From Candidatus Omnitrophota bacterium (lineage in GTDB: Bacteria; Omnitrophota; Gorgyraeia; JAHIPI01): a DNA stretch of 64,000 nucleotides. Position 1 is the stretch's first letter. Each line of letters starts with the position of its first letter. The notes under the pieces were generated by a model. The model saw nothing but the letters and a program-made list of their open reading frames with translations, did no database searches and was not told where the DNA came from. The stretch covers positions 7,112-71,111 of the forward strand of contig JADHVZ010000003.1 in assembly GCA_016783745.1 (NCBI GenBank), given 5' to 3'. Position numbers and translations under genes: made by a program. Positions 9,458 to 19,746 of the stretch are shown piece by piece.

Positions 9458-10864
9458 ATGACTGTTGCGATCAATTTTTGCGGAGGGGCAAGAACCGTAA
9501 CCGGATCCATGCACCTTGTCTCGACAGACCATTCCAATGTAATCTTAGATTGCGGCTTGTTCCAGGGCCGCAGAGATGAATACTATGATATAAACAGTAA
9601 TTTTTCGTTTCATCCGGGAAGTCTGGATGCCTGTGTACTTTCACACGCGCATATAGATCATTGCGGAAACATTCCCAGCCTGATCAAGCAGGGTTTTCGT
9701 TCGCGGGTGCACTCTACGCCTGTTACGCGGGATCTTTGCCGCTATATGCTGCCGGATAGCGGTTACATCCAGGAAGCCGATATAAAATATGTCAATAAGG
9801 TTAACAGGAAAAGAGGCCTTCCTCCCAGAAAGCCGCTTTATACAAAAATCGAAGCGGTAAGATCCCTCAGACAATTCCGGCCCGTTGAGTATCATAAAAG
9901 TTTTCCCATATCTAAGGATGTCGTGCTTACTTTTTATGAGGCGGGGCATATACTGGGTTCGGCCATACCGGTTCTGGAGATAAAAACAGCGAAGAAGCAA
10001 ATACGCATAGCGTACGCGGTGGATCTGGGAAGAGAAGGCATGCCGCTTTTGCGGAATCCGGAATCACCTAAAGATATCGATTATCTCATCGTTGAAAGTA
10101 CCTACGGCGGAAGAGAACACGGAGATATTAAAGAGGCGGAACGCGTGCTGGCCGATATTATCAGAAGAACTGTGAAGCGCGGCGGTAAGATAATCATACC
10201 GTCATTTGCCCTCGAAAGGACCCAGTTAATAGTTTATTTTATAAATGAGCTTATAAAAAGAAATAAGATTCCCAGGCTTCCGATGTATGTGGATGGGCCT
10301 CTCGCGGTAAACCTTACAAGCGTATTCAGGAATAACTGGCAGTATTTCGATAAGATAACGCAGGAGGCTTTTCTGAAAAATGCCGATCCGCTCGGATATG
10401 ACCACATTACTTATGTCAAGCACGTACAGCAGTCTAAAAACCTGAACCACCAGAAGAAGCCTTGTATTATAATCTCCGGATCGGGCATGTGCGAAAACGG
10501 GCGTATTTTACACCATCTAAAAAATAATATCGAAAATCCCAAAAACGCGATCGTTATAATAGGCTACACTGCAAGAAATACGCTCGGCAGGCGCATAGTC
10601 GAGAAGAATGATATAGTGCGTATTTTTGGCAGGCCCCATGACCTGAAAGCCGAGGTTGTGGTTCTGGATGCGTTCAGTTCACATGCGGATGGGGATGATA
10701 TCGTGGAGTATGTCCGCGGCTTAAATGAGAAGTTGAAGCAGGTTTTCCTTGTGCACGGTGATATGGAACAGTCGGAAGCCTTACGCGTTAAATTGAGAGG
10801 AAAGCTTAAGTTAAAACCTCGCATACCTGCCAAAGGCGAGACCGTTTACCTCGCCGCGCGGTAA
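9458..10864 (+). CDS. MBL-fold beta-CASP ribonuclease (RNase J/CPSF-like)
   Basis: HxHxDH motif (LSHAHIDHCG), beta-CASP-style internal motifs and a C-terminal RMMBL-like region (SSHADGDDIVEY). Confidence 0.7.
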   Translation: MTVAINFCGGARTVTGSMHLVSTDHSNVILDCGLFQGRRDEYYDINSNFSFHPGSLDACVLSHAHIDHCGNIPSLIKQGFRSRVHSTPVTRDLCRYMLPDSGYIQEADIKYVNKVNRKRGLPPRKPLYTKIEAVRSLRQFRPVEYHKSFPISKDVVLTFYEAGHILGSAIPVLEIKTAKKQIRIAYAVDLGREGMPLLRNPESPKDIDYLIVESTYGGREHGDIKEAERVLADIIRRTVKRGGKIIIPSFALERTQLIVYFINELIKRNKIPRLPMYVDGPLAVNLTSVFRNNWQYFDKITQEAFLKNADPLGYDHITYVKHVQQSKNLNHQKKPCIIISGSGMCENGRILHHLKNNIENPKNAIVIIGYTARNTLGRRIVEKNDIVRIFGRPHDLKAEVVVLDAFSSHADGDDIVEYVRGLNEKLKQVFLVHGDMEQSEALRVKLRGKLKLKPRIPAKGETVYLAAR

Positions 10865-10885
10865 TCTTAGATTCTATAGGCCCAA

Positions 10886-12181
10886 GTGAAAAAGAGACCG
10901 ACCTTAGTCATCGCGGATAAAAAGGGAAAAATATACGATATCCCGCCTTTAGAGGCTTGCGGTATGAAAGGCGGGAATTTTTTCCGGCTTAGGAGCCGCG
11001 AACTCATCAAGTTGCCTTACGGCAGTGAGATCTTTATGTTGCCCGGCCGCGCTCCGGTCGGCTACAGCGCCGGGAGCGGAAAGTTTGTGACTCCGAGCGA
11101 CAATTACGCGGTTGCCGCGTTTGTGCCGCCCGGCCGCACCATAACTTACAACAGCGCATACCGTGAGGCCGGCTCGCCAAAAACTCTGCCGCTTTTTGCC
11201 TATGGCGCGGTTGCCTTTTATAAAGGGGATTTTTATGCCGCCGCCGTGCAGGTAGACCGCGAACTTAGGCAGGACCTGCGGCTCATGGATGCCGCTTTAG
11301 TCAGCAAAAATGTCAAACGCTACAGAAAATTATATCCTTCGAACAGGCTTATCAGGCATCTTGAAGGTTGCGCGCTGAAATATGGCTGCCCTGCCGCCAA
11401 AAATTTCTTTTTAGAAAGATATGAGGGCCCGCTGCCTACATCCCCTCACTGCAATGCGTATTGCATAGGCTGCATTTCTCATCAGCCGGCCGGAGGATGC
11501 AGTATCACGCAGCCAAGAATAAAGTTTGTTCCGTCCGCCGAAGAGATAGCGGAGACCGCGCTGCATCATATCGGAAAGGTGAAAGACCCTGTTGTGAGCT
11601 TCGGGCAGGGCTGTGAAGGAGAGCCGCTTTTGGTTGGCAAGATTATAGAAAAAGCCGTCACACTGATAAGGAAAAGCACAGGTAAAGGCATTATAAATAT
11701 AAATACAAACGCAAGCCGGCCTGATACAATTAAACGTTTATTTAAAGCCGGGATGGACAGCATGCGGGTAAGCCTTAATAGCGCGCAAGAGCCGCACTAT
11801 ATCAGATACTACAAGCCCAGAGGCTACAGATATAAAGATGTGATCAGATCTATCAGGGAGGCAAAGAAAGCGCGGGGCTTTGTATCGATCAATTATCTTA
11901 CAATGCCCGGATTTACTGACACAAAAGAGGAATTTGATTCCCTGAGAAAACTGATAAGAAACTGCAAAATAGATATGATCCAGTGGCGTAACTTAAATTT
12001 TGATCCGGCGCGATATTTCAAGGAGCTTAGAATACCTTTCTCTGATTCCAAGTTTCTTGGAATGAGACGGGTTATAAGTGCGATAAAAAAAGAATTTCCT
12101 CATGTCCTGACCGGCTATTTTAATCCTTCCCGGCAACGAATCCGAAGAAAAAGGGGACAGACACTTTTTGAGGCGTTGTAA
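10886..12181 (+). CDS. Radical SAM domain protein with an ~190 aa N-terminal domain of unknown function
   Basis: Cx3Cx2C (CNAYCIGCIS) and a glycine-rich SAM motif (GQGCEGEPLL). Confidence 0.6.
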   Translation: MKKRPTLVIADKKGKIYDIPPLEACGMKGGNFFRLRSRELIKLPYGSEIFMLPGRAPVGYSAGSGKFVTPSDNYAVAAFVPPGRTITYNSAYREAGSPKTLPLFAYGAVAFYKGDFYAAAVQVDRELRQDLRLMDAALVSKNVKRYRKLYPSNRLIRHLEGCALKYGCPAAKNFFLERYEGPLPTSPHCNAYCIGCISHQPAGGCSITQPRIKFVPSAEEIAETALHHIGKVKDPVVSFGQGCEGEPLLVGKIIEKAVTLIRKSTGKGIININTNASRPDTIKRLFKAGMDSMRVSLNSAQEPHYIRYYKPRGYRYKDVIRSIREAKKARGFVSINYLTMPGFTDTKEEFDSLRKLIRNCKIDMIQWRNLNFDPARYFKELRIPFSDSKFLGMRRVISAIKKEFPHVLTGYFNPSRQRIRRKRGQTLFEAL

Positions 12182-12242
12182 AGGGGACAGACACTTTTTT
12201 TGCGGCTACGTAGATAGCTTCAAAAAAAGTGTCTGTCCCCTT
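12180..12242 (+). terminator. Rho-independent terminator: an 18-bp perfect stem (aaaggggacagacacttttt) plus a T-run; the 5' arm is duplicated inside the upstream CDS
   Basis: Perfect inverted repeat at 12183-12200 and 12224-12241 with flanking T/A runs. A second copy of the arm lies at 12148-12169. Confidence 0.6.
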
Positions 12243-12563
12243 CAATCCTGGAAGGCGCCACCGGCGCATTGGCCCAAGGGGCAGGGATTATTCCTTGCCC
12301 CTTTTATATTTCCATTGTATAATAGCCTATAATAATAACCTATAAAGACTTTGATGTATAAAGGAAAAAGATTATTTTTGTTCCGAATTATGTTATGAGG
12401 CTTTTTTTAATGGCGGAGGCCTGGATATTGTTCCGGACATAGATGAGGCGGACATAACAGCCCCGGGGGATATAGCGAAGAGTCAGGTCATAGAGAAGGT
12501 GACAGCTGGGCCTCAGATTGAGAAATTTGTTGAAACAGTTAAATCCGGCGAAGCAAAGTAGGA

Positions 12564-15500
12564 ATGGTAAAATCAGCAGCTAAGGCTAAAACGGAGCCTA
12601 AAAAGTCAATACCTCTACAATTTCCTTCAGTGGATGTGGTGGAGGCCTCCGCGGGATCAGGAAAGACCTACGCGCTCGCGAAGCGCTATGTGCAGCTTAT
12701 CACCTACCCTCACAAAGGGCCCGAAGACACCCCTCTCAAAACAATACTCGCCGTCACATTTACCAATAAGGCCACGATCGAGATGAAGCAGAGAATACTT
12801 GAATTTTTGAAGAAAGTGGCCCTCGGTATTTTCTCGGATGAACGTGAAAGGAAGGACATATCTTCTTCCATTGCCGTTGACTTTGAGTCTGCGCAAGTGA
12901 TAGCCTGCAAAGTGATGGAAGATATCATCGGCCACTATAATTATTTCCAGGTGCAGACTATAGACAGTTTTATTAATACGCTTCTTTCGGGTTGCTCGTT
13001 TCACCTGGGGTTTGCGTCGAATTTCAGAATAAAGGAGGAATACCGTACATATCTGGAATATAGCCTGGACAGCCTTATAGATAAAGTCGAGGCAGATAGC
13101 GACGTCCTCCGCACATTTGAAAATTTTCTAAGATATTACCTTTTCATAGAGAATAAGGAAGGATGGTTTTTTAAACAGGATATTTTGGGGATCATAGAAA
13201 GCCTGTATAATTATGTAAATACCTATGGCGGGGCCTTTGTCAGCCCCGAGATAGACGCGAACGACCTGCTTAAGAAAAAAAGAGAAATAATAAAGCTTAT
13301 ATGTAAAATACATTCCGCCTCACCCGAGGGCACCCACGGACGCTTTATGAAAAGCCTGGATTCTTTTATCGAGAATAACGAAGGCACCTTCAATATCGAT
13401 AGGCTCTCTAAATACTTTGGCTATGAAGAGTTTCCGGTTAAGAAGGGGGTAAGAAGGCCCGCAAATATTGCAAGGATGTGGGATAAGCTGCGCAGGGATC
13501 TGGACCAGCTCTGTAAATGGGAGTCATTCGCGCTTTTCAAGCCATATATCGATATATTTGAGCTCACCCTCCGGGAATTCGGTAAGATCGCCGGAGGGGA
13601 GGACATAGTATTTTTGCAGGAGTTAAATACGCACGCGCGGGGGCTTGTGGGGGAGAAGGGCGTTACAGTCCCGGAGCTTTATTACAGGCTCGCCACGCGT
13701 TTTCACCATTATCTTATCGATGAGTTCCAGGATACAAACCGCCTTCAATGGAGTAATATATTCCCGATGGTCGAAGAGGCCCTTTCATCCGGCGGCTCGT
13801 TTTTTTACGTTGGGGATAAAAAGCAGGCGATATTCAGATTTAGGGGCGGGGACGTATCATTATTTGATTCCGTGCAGAAGGATTTCAAAAATTATAATCC
13901 GTCGCAAAGAATGCTGGCCAAGAATTTCCGCAGCCATAAAGAGATAGTTCGATTTAACAATGAGATCTTTAGCGCCGGTAACCTGAGGCGGTTTCTAAGG
14001 GCTCATGATGAGTCTCAGAAGGAGCCCCTGGGATTTTCTGAGGGCGATATTTTAACCGTACTCAATATTTTCAGCGGCTCAGAGCAGGAATGGAAAAAAG
14101 AGAATAATAGCGGCTATGTAAGCGTGGAATCCTTTAACGCGCCTAACGCGGATGAGAGAGATGTTTTTATGCGGTCGAGGCTTGTTTCGCTTATCAAAGA
14201 GCTCGGGGAGCGTTTTCCTTACGGTGAGATCGCTGTCCTGGTAAGAGAAAATAAAGACGTTAAACGGTTTTCATCCTGGTTTCTTGAGGAAAATATACCC
14301 GTTGAATCTGAGAAGACCCTCAATATTCGCGAGCAGCCTTTGATCAAAGAGCTTATATCGTTTCTTAAGTTCTTAAACTCGCCCATAGATAATCTTGCTT
14401 TCGCCTCATTCGTATCCGGTAAAATATTCCAGAAGGCATCGGGCGTGACCGCGGAAGAAGTACGCGACTTTCTCTTCAAATTCCGGGGCCGTAGAAAAAG
14501 GGAAAAGGGCGTATATCTGTATACTGAATTCAGGCGGTCTTTCCCGGAGGCCTGGCAGGGTCTTATAGGGGGGATTTTCAAAAATGTAGGATATGTGCCT
14601 CTCTATGAACTCCTGACAACGATCCTGGGAAAGCTGAAGGCGCTGGATAACTTTCCTGAGTATCAGGGATTTTTTATGCGGTTACTTGAACTGATCAAGG
14701 AAAAGGAGGAGGATTATCCCGGCATATCCAAATTTCTGGAACATTTTGACCAGATGGTGGAAAAAGACCTTTTTGTGAATGCCGCGCACGCGAATTCCTT
14801 GACTGTCATGACCATACACAAATCAAAAGGCCTTGAATTCCCCGTAGTCATCATACCGTACCTTGAGATGGAGGTATCCGTGGGCTCCGGAGGAGCCGGA
14901 CAGAAAAGGCCATATGTGGTCAGGCAGGCGGACGATAACGCCTTAAAGCTTGTGCAGCTGAAAAAGAGTTACGGGACATATTCACCGGAACTCGCGAGAG
15001 ATTACAAAGAAGAATACATAAGGTCATTAATAGATCAGCTGAACAGTTTATATGTTGCCCTGACAAGGGCTAAATATGAGATGTATCTTTTTATGCCGTC
15101 CAGGACCTCAGGCAGGAATAATATAGCCCTTGATCTTATCCCCGGTGAAAGTGATGAAAGAGGCAGGAAAATACCGTATGGCCGTACGGAAAAGAATAAG
15201 AAGCAGTTTATGCATCTGCCATGTTCAAAATATTCGGACTGGATAGGGGTCCTGAAGGATGAATTTATCACCCCATCTCAACTTATCAACAGGGATAAGA
15301 TGCTTAGGGGCGAGATCCTGCATTATATGCTTTCATTTATCGGAAATCTGAGCGTGGACGAGAGGAGTCTATCCCTGCGCGCCGCGCGCGAGAAGGCGCG
15401 CCTGAGATATCCTTATGTGAAAGAACTTGATGCGTATATGTCTATTGTCCGGGATCTTGTAAAAGAAGAGAGATTTAAACCCTTCTTTTACGTAAAAGAA

Positions 15501-15746
15501 GGAAGGGTGTTCCAGGAAAAAGAGATCGTCAATTCTTATGGTGACACAAAGAGGATAGACAGGCTCATCGTGACAGGAAGCCGCATTTCTATCATAGATT
15601 ACAAGAGTACGCGTGATGATTTTGAGGAATACAGGTCTCAGGTCCTTGAGTATGTCAGTATTATAGAACAGATATATCCGGGGTCCGCGGTAAAAGGGTA
15701 TTTGATTTTTCTCGATCCCCTGTCTTTAGAGGAAATACATGGGTAA
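12564..15746 (+). CDS. addA: AddA/RexA-like ATP-dependent helicase-nuclease (UvrD-family helicase with C-terminal RecB-type nuclease)
   Basis: N-terminal Walker A ASAGSGKTYAL, UvrD-like motifs, and a C-terminal nuclease motif (RIDRLIVTGSRISIIDYKST). Confidence 0.7.
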   Translation: MVKSAAKAKTEPKKSIPLQFPSVDVVEASAGSGKTYALAKRYVQLITYPHKGPEDTPLKTILAVTFTNKATIEMKQRILEFLKKVALGIFSDERERKDISSSIAVDFESAQVIACKVMEDIIGHYNYFQVQTIDSFINTLLSGCSFHLGFASNFRIKEEYRTYLEYSLDSLIDKVEADSDVLRTFENFLRYYLFIENKEGWFFKQDILGIIESLYNYVNTYGGAFVSPEIDANDLLKKKREIIKLICKIHSASPEGTHGRFMKSLDSFIENNEGTFNIDRLSKYFGYEEFPVKKGVRRPANIARMWDKLRRDLDQLCKWESFALFKPYIDIFELTLREFGKIAGGEDIVFLQELNTHARGLVGEKGVTVPELYYRLATRFHHYLIDEFQDTNRLQWSNIFPMVEEALSSGGSFFYVGDKKQAIFRFRGGDVSLFDSVQKDFKNYNPSQRMLAKNFRSHKEIVRFNNEIFSAGNLRRFLRAHDESQKEPLGFSEGDILTVLNIFSGSEQEWKKENNSGYVSVESFNAPNADERDVFMRSRLVSLIKELGERFPYGEIAVLVRENKDVKRFSSWFLEENIPVESEKTLNIREQPLIKELISFLKFLNSPIDNLAFASFVSGKIFQKASGVTAEEVRDFLFKFRGRRKREKGVYLYTEFRRSFPEAWQGLIGGIFKNVGYVPLYELLTTILGKLKALDNFPEYQGFFMRLLELIKEKEEDYPGISKFLEHFDQMVEKDLFVNAAHANSLTVMTIHKSKGLEFPVVIIPYLEMEVSVGSGGAGQKRPYVVRQADDNALKLVQLKKSYGTYSPELARDYKEEYIRSLIDQLNSLYVALTRAKYEMYLFMPSRTSGRNNIALDLIPGESDERGRKIPYGRTEKNKKQFMHLPCSKYSDWIGVLKDEFITPSQLINRDKMLRGEILHYMLSFIGNLSVDERSLSLRAAREKARLRYPYVKELDAYMSIVRDLVKEERFKPFFYVKEGRVFQEKEIVNSYGDTKRIDRLIVTGSRISIIDYKSTRDDFEEYRSQVLEYVSIIEQIYPGSAVKGYLIFLDPLSLEEIHG

Positions 15747-18582
15747 TGTAGTGACTTGCGGTCTTAATGAGAGTTTTCTAAAGTTTCTTTCAGGTTACAT
15801 TGACAGTAACTATCTGAAGAAGGGATCTGACCTGACGCGCGTAGCATTTGTCTTTGAAGGGAAAAGGCCTTCACTTTTTTTAAAGAGGATGCTTGCCGGA
15901 AAAAACAAGACAGGTTTTTTCCCGCCGCGCTTTTTTTCAATAGATGAGTTTGTCGAATACACACTATCAAAAAAAACCCCGTTTTCAAAGATGCCGGCCA
16001 TGGAATCATGTTATACGATATTTACTTTGGCAGGGGAAATAGCGCCCGAGATAGTGAAGGGGAGGGAGGAATTTTCTAAATTTCTGCCGTGGGCTCGTGA
16101 AATAGTGAGTTTTATAGATACACTTGATATCGAGGACATACCCTCACACGCCCTGAAGGATGTCCAGGCCAGCGCATCTATAGGATACGAGATCCCGGAT
16201 AATATAAACGCGTCTCTCGCGCACATAATCAAGCTGCGTGAGAGGTATCATGAAGTAATGGCCGGAACGAATTCATTCTCAAAGGGTTATATATATCTTT
16301 CAGCCTCACGCGCGGCTAAAGAGGTTGATCTCGAGGAGTTTGACGCAATATACTTCTGCGGTTTTTTCTATATGCAAAAGACACAGAGAAGCATAGCCAA
16401 ACATCTTTTTGAATCGGGAAAAGCGAATTTCTTTTTTCAGGGCCATGAGAAGGAATGGCCTGTTCTTAAGGAGACCGCACGGGATCTTTCATGCTCTATC
16501 AAGCCCTCAGGTAATAGCGCGGCGAGTTCAACCGGCCGCACGGGCTCATCGCTCAAGCTTTATTCGGCATTTGACAGACATTCTGAAGTTTGTACTGTAA
16601 GGGAGATCTTAAAAGGAGTAAAGAAGCTTAACTCGACCGTGATAGTGCTGCCGGATCCCAACAGCATGATACCCCTTGTATCCGAAATAGGCTCATTATC
16701 GAAAGATTTCAACGTTTCACTCGGATATCCGCTGAGAAGGAGCTCCCTGTACGCGCTCTTTGATTTTATAGTACAGGCGCAGAAGACAAGGAAGGGCGGT
16801 AAATATTACGCAAAGGATTATATCGCCTGCATGAGCCAGCCGCTTGTTAAAAATCTCAGGATCCTCGACAGTTACAGCGCAACGAGAATACTTGTGCATA
16901 AAGTGGAGGAAGCGCTTTTAGGCATAGAAGAGACGCCTCTTAATAACCGTCTCTTTGTAGGCCTTAAGGAGATAGAGAATGAACCGGCATTGCTTGAAGC
17001 AGCTTCAAGCACGCTGAAACATATGGATATAGACCTTAAGCCGTCAGAATTAAAGAAAGTATTAGAAGGGCTTCATTCGGCCTTATTTGTCCCATGGGAA
17101 GACCTTTCTGATTTTCAGGGTTTTGCGGGATCACTGGGTAGCCTGCTGGACGTGCTTGTTTATAAAAGCCTGATGAGAGAATACGGCCTTAATCTTAAGA
17201 TCGCGGAGAAGATGTACACGGTAAGGGACGAGCTGGAGAGTTCCCCGTTCGCGAAGGAGAAGTTCACTAAAGAAGATATGTTTAAGATATTCCAGAATAT
17301 GGTGGAAAATGAGGTGGCGCCATTCAGCGGATCTCCGCTCAAAGGACTGCAGGTATTGGGGCCCTTTGAGACGCGTTCTCTTAATTTCGAGAATGTCATT
17401 ATAATGGATGCCAATGAATCCGCGCTCCCCAGACTTCGCTTGAAAGAGCCGCTGATACCGCATGATGTCTCGCTTGGGCTTGGATTAAAGATCATTGAAA
17501 ATGAAGAGGAGATACAACGCTATCAATTTAAAAGGCTGATCGCCGGGGCGAAGAACGTGCATCTGGTTTACCAGGAAAATCCGGTAAAGCAGAAGAGCAG
17601 ATTTGTGGAGGAGATCATCTGGCAGCTGCAAAAGGAGAAGAAGTCGCTGGATGCCGTTTCCGCCCAACAGGTAAGTTTTTCAGTGAATGTATTATCTTCC
17701 GGCATAGAGATAAAAAAGACTCCTGAGATGCTGGATATGCTGAAAAATTTCAGGTATTCGGCTTCCAGCGTGGATACATATGTGAAGTGTCCGCTGCAAT
17801 TTTACTATAAACATGTGCTTGGGCTCGAGGAAAAGAAGGAATTCCCCGAAGACCCGGAAGGCAGGGAGATAGGGACTTTTCTTCATGGCCTTCTTCAGGA
17901 GACGTTCCGGGTATTTCTGAATAAGAAGCCTGTGATAGACGGAAGATTCCGCGAAGCGTTCTTTAAAAAATTCCGCGAGAGATTCAAAAACACTTTCGGC
18001 AGGAGAATGCGTTCAGACTCATTTTTGCTTGAGGATGTGATGAAGTTCAGGCTCGAGCGTTTTCTCGATGCCGAATCGGGCAGCGAAGAGAGAAGGGTGA
18101 AGGAAATACTCTCACTGGAGAATCCGCTGCAGAAGGTGATCGGACTTTCAGGGGATAAATTTGATTTTAAATATATAGTGGACAGGATAGACAGGCTTGA
18201 TGACGGTTCCATACTTATACTGGATTACAAATCAGGCGCTGATACGCTTAAGCCGCAGCGGACAGAAACACTTGAGAAAATGGAGTTTAGCAGAGAGTCT
18301 ATACGGGACAGAATAAGGTCTTTCCAACTGCCTATTTACTATCACCTGGAAAAAAGAACATATCAGGATGATACTTTAAACGCGGCTCTCTACAGCCTGC
18401 GGAATCTGAAGCTGACTTATTTAGACGATGATAATACGGATCTGGAGAGGACCATGGAGATATGCATGAAAGCGCTCGACTATATAATCCATGAATTGCT
18501 GGATCCAAAGGTGCCTTTCGCGGCGGATCGCGAGAAGGAAAGAAGCTGTACATATTGTCCATTCTTCTACTTATGCAGATAG
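15739..18582 (+). CDS. addB: AddB/RexB-like nuclease subunit (PD-(D/E)XK nuclease with C-terminal Fe-S cysteines)
   Basis: C-terminal ILDYKSG nuclease motif and terminal cysteines (CTYCPFFYLC). Overlaps the upstream gene by 8 bp, as in addAB operons. Confidence 0.6.
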   Translation: MGNVVTCGLNESFLKFLSGYIDSNYLKKGSDLTRVAFVFEGKRPSLFLKRMLAGKNKTGFFPPRFFSIDEFVEYTLSKKTPFSKMPAMESCYTIFTLAGEIAPEIVKGREEFSKFLPWAREIVSFIDTLDIEDIPSHALKDVQASASIGYEIPDNINASLAHIIKLRERYHEVMAGTNSFSKGYIYLSASRAAKEVDLEEFDAIYFCGFFYMQKTQRSIAKHLFESGKANFFFQGHEKEWPVLKETARDLSCSIKPSGNSAASSTGRTGSSLKLYSAFDRHSEVCTVREILKGVKKLNSTVIVLPDPNSMIPLVSEIGSLSKDFNVSLGYPLRRSSLYALFDFIVQAQKTRKGGKYYAKDYIACMSQPLVKNLRILDSYSATRILVHKVEEALLGIEETPLNNRLFVGLKEIENEPALLEAASSTLKHMDIDLKPSELKKVLEGLHSALFVPWEDLSDFQGFAGSLGSLLDVLVYKSLMREYGLNLKIAEKMYTVRDELESSPFAKEKFTKEDMFKIFQNMVENEVAPFSGSPLKGLQVLGPFETRSLNFENVIIMDANESALPRLRLKEPLIPHDVSLGLGLKIIENEEEIQRYQFKRLIAGAKNVHLVYQENPVKQKSRFVEEIIWQLQKEKKSLDAVSAQQVSFSVNVLSSGIEIKKTPEMLDMLKNFRYSASSVDTYVKCPLQFYYKHVLGLEEKKEFPEDPEGREIGTFLHGLLQETFRVFLNKKPVIDGRFREAFFKKFRERFKNTFGRRMRSDSFLLEDVMKFRLERFLDAESGSEERRVKEILSLENPLQKVIGLSGDKFDFKYIVDRIDRLDDGSILILDYKSGADTLKPQRTETLEKMEFSRESIRDRIRSFQLPIYYHLEKRTYQDDTLNAALYSLRNLKLTYLDDDNTDLERTMEICMKALDYIIHELLDPKVPFAADREKERSCTYCPFFYLCR

Positions 18583-18818
18583 GACTTGACATGAAAAAGA
18601 GATTACTGAAGGAGCTCAAAAAAATCAGGAAGGAACTGCGCATCCTCCGGCATCCGGCGTGGCTCTCGGGGTAGTGATGACAGGTTTTTCTATAAGCGTC
18701 GGCGTCGCCGTTGTAACCAGCGCGGTAATGTTGTCTTTAGTCCACCATTATTTTAAAGAGTATTTAATGGATCTGACTTGATCTAATATCTTAAAGAGGC
18801 CTGCCAAAAGGATAGGCC

Positions 18819-19736
18819 GTGATGAATGTATATCGGATCATTATAAAAAAGTGCCTCGGGTATAAAAAGGGCGAGAAGCTTCTCATCGTCTGCGATGGCC
18901 CGAAACTGAAGCTTGCTGACAGATTTTACAAAAACGCAAAAGCAGTGGGAGCGGATCCGGTTCTTATGAATATGCCCGCGCGAAGTGCGCACGGTGAAGA
19001 GCCTCCCAGGGCTATCGCGGACGCGTTAAAAGAATCTGATATAGTGCTTCTGGTGACTTCTAAGTCGCTTTCACATACGGCCTCGCGCAAAACAGCGTCT
19101 AAGAAATACGGGACAAGGATCGCCAGTTTACCCGGTGTAACCGAGGTCATGCTGAAAAGGGCTATACCTGTAAATTACAATTCACTCTATAGGAGCACGG
19201 CAAGACTTGCGCGTATCTTAACGAAGGGGAAAGTGGTCGAGGTCTTTACGGATAAGGGTACGCATCTAACGATGTCCATAAGGGGCCGGAACGGTTTTTC
19301 CGATAATGGATTATATACAAAAAGCGGGGCATTCGGTAATCTACCGGCGGGCGAGGTGTGTATCGGCCCTTGCGAAGGAACGGCAAGCGGACGGCTGATA
19401 GTGGACGGCAGTATGCCGTTAACCGGAAGACTGAAACGGCCTATAGAAATCATTATTAAAAACGGCTGCGCTCAAAACATTCCCGTCCCTCAGATGATCC
19501 CGATCGTAAAAGCGATAGGGAAGCGGGCGCTTAACGTAGCAGAATTAGGGATAGGTCTAAATCCAGAAGCAAAAGTGACCGGAGATGTGCTTGAAGACGA
19601 AAAAGCGCTAGGTACCGCGCATATTGCCTTAGGTAACAATAGATCATTCGGCGGCAAGATCTCCTGCCCGTCGCATCTGGATTTTGTGTTTTTGAAACCG
19701 ACTATACTCGTGGACGGCGTTAAATTAAAGCTGTAA
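18819..19736 (+). CDS. Putative aminopeptidase (M29 / AmpS-PepS-like, short form)
   Basis: GNLPAGEV and HIALGNN motifs resemble the M29 thermophilic aminopeptidase family. The assignment is tentative. Confidence 0.4.
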   Translation: MMNVYRIIIKKCLGYKKGEKLLIVCDGPKLKLADRFYKNAKAVGADPVLMNMPARSAHGEEPPRAIADALKESDIVLLVTSKSLSHTASRKTASKKYGTRIASLPGVTEVMLKRAIPVNYNSLYRSTARLARILTKGKVVEVFTDKGTHLTMSIRGRNGFSDNGLYTKSGAFGNLPAGEVCIGPCEGTASGRLIVDGSMPLTGRLKRPIEIIIKNGCAQNIPVPQMIPIVKAIGKRALNVAELGIGLNPEAKVTGDVLEDEKALGTAHIALGNNRSFGGKISCPSHLDFVFLKPTILVDGVKLKL

Positions 19737-19746
19737 AAGTGAAAAT

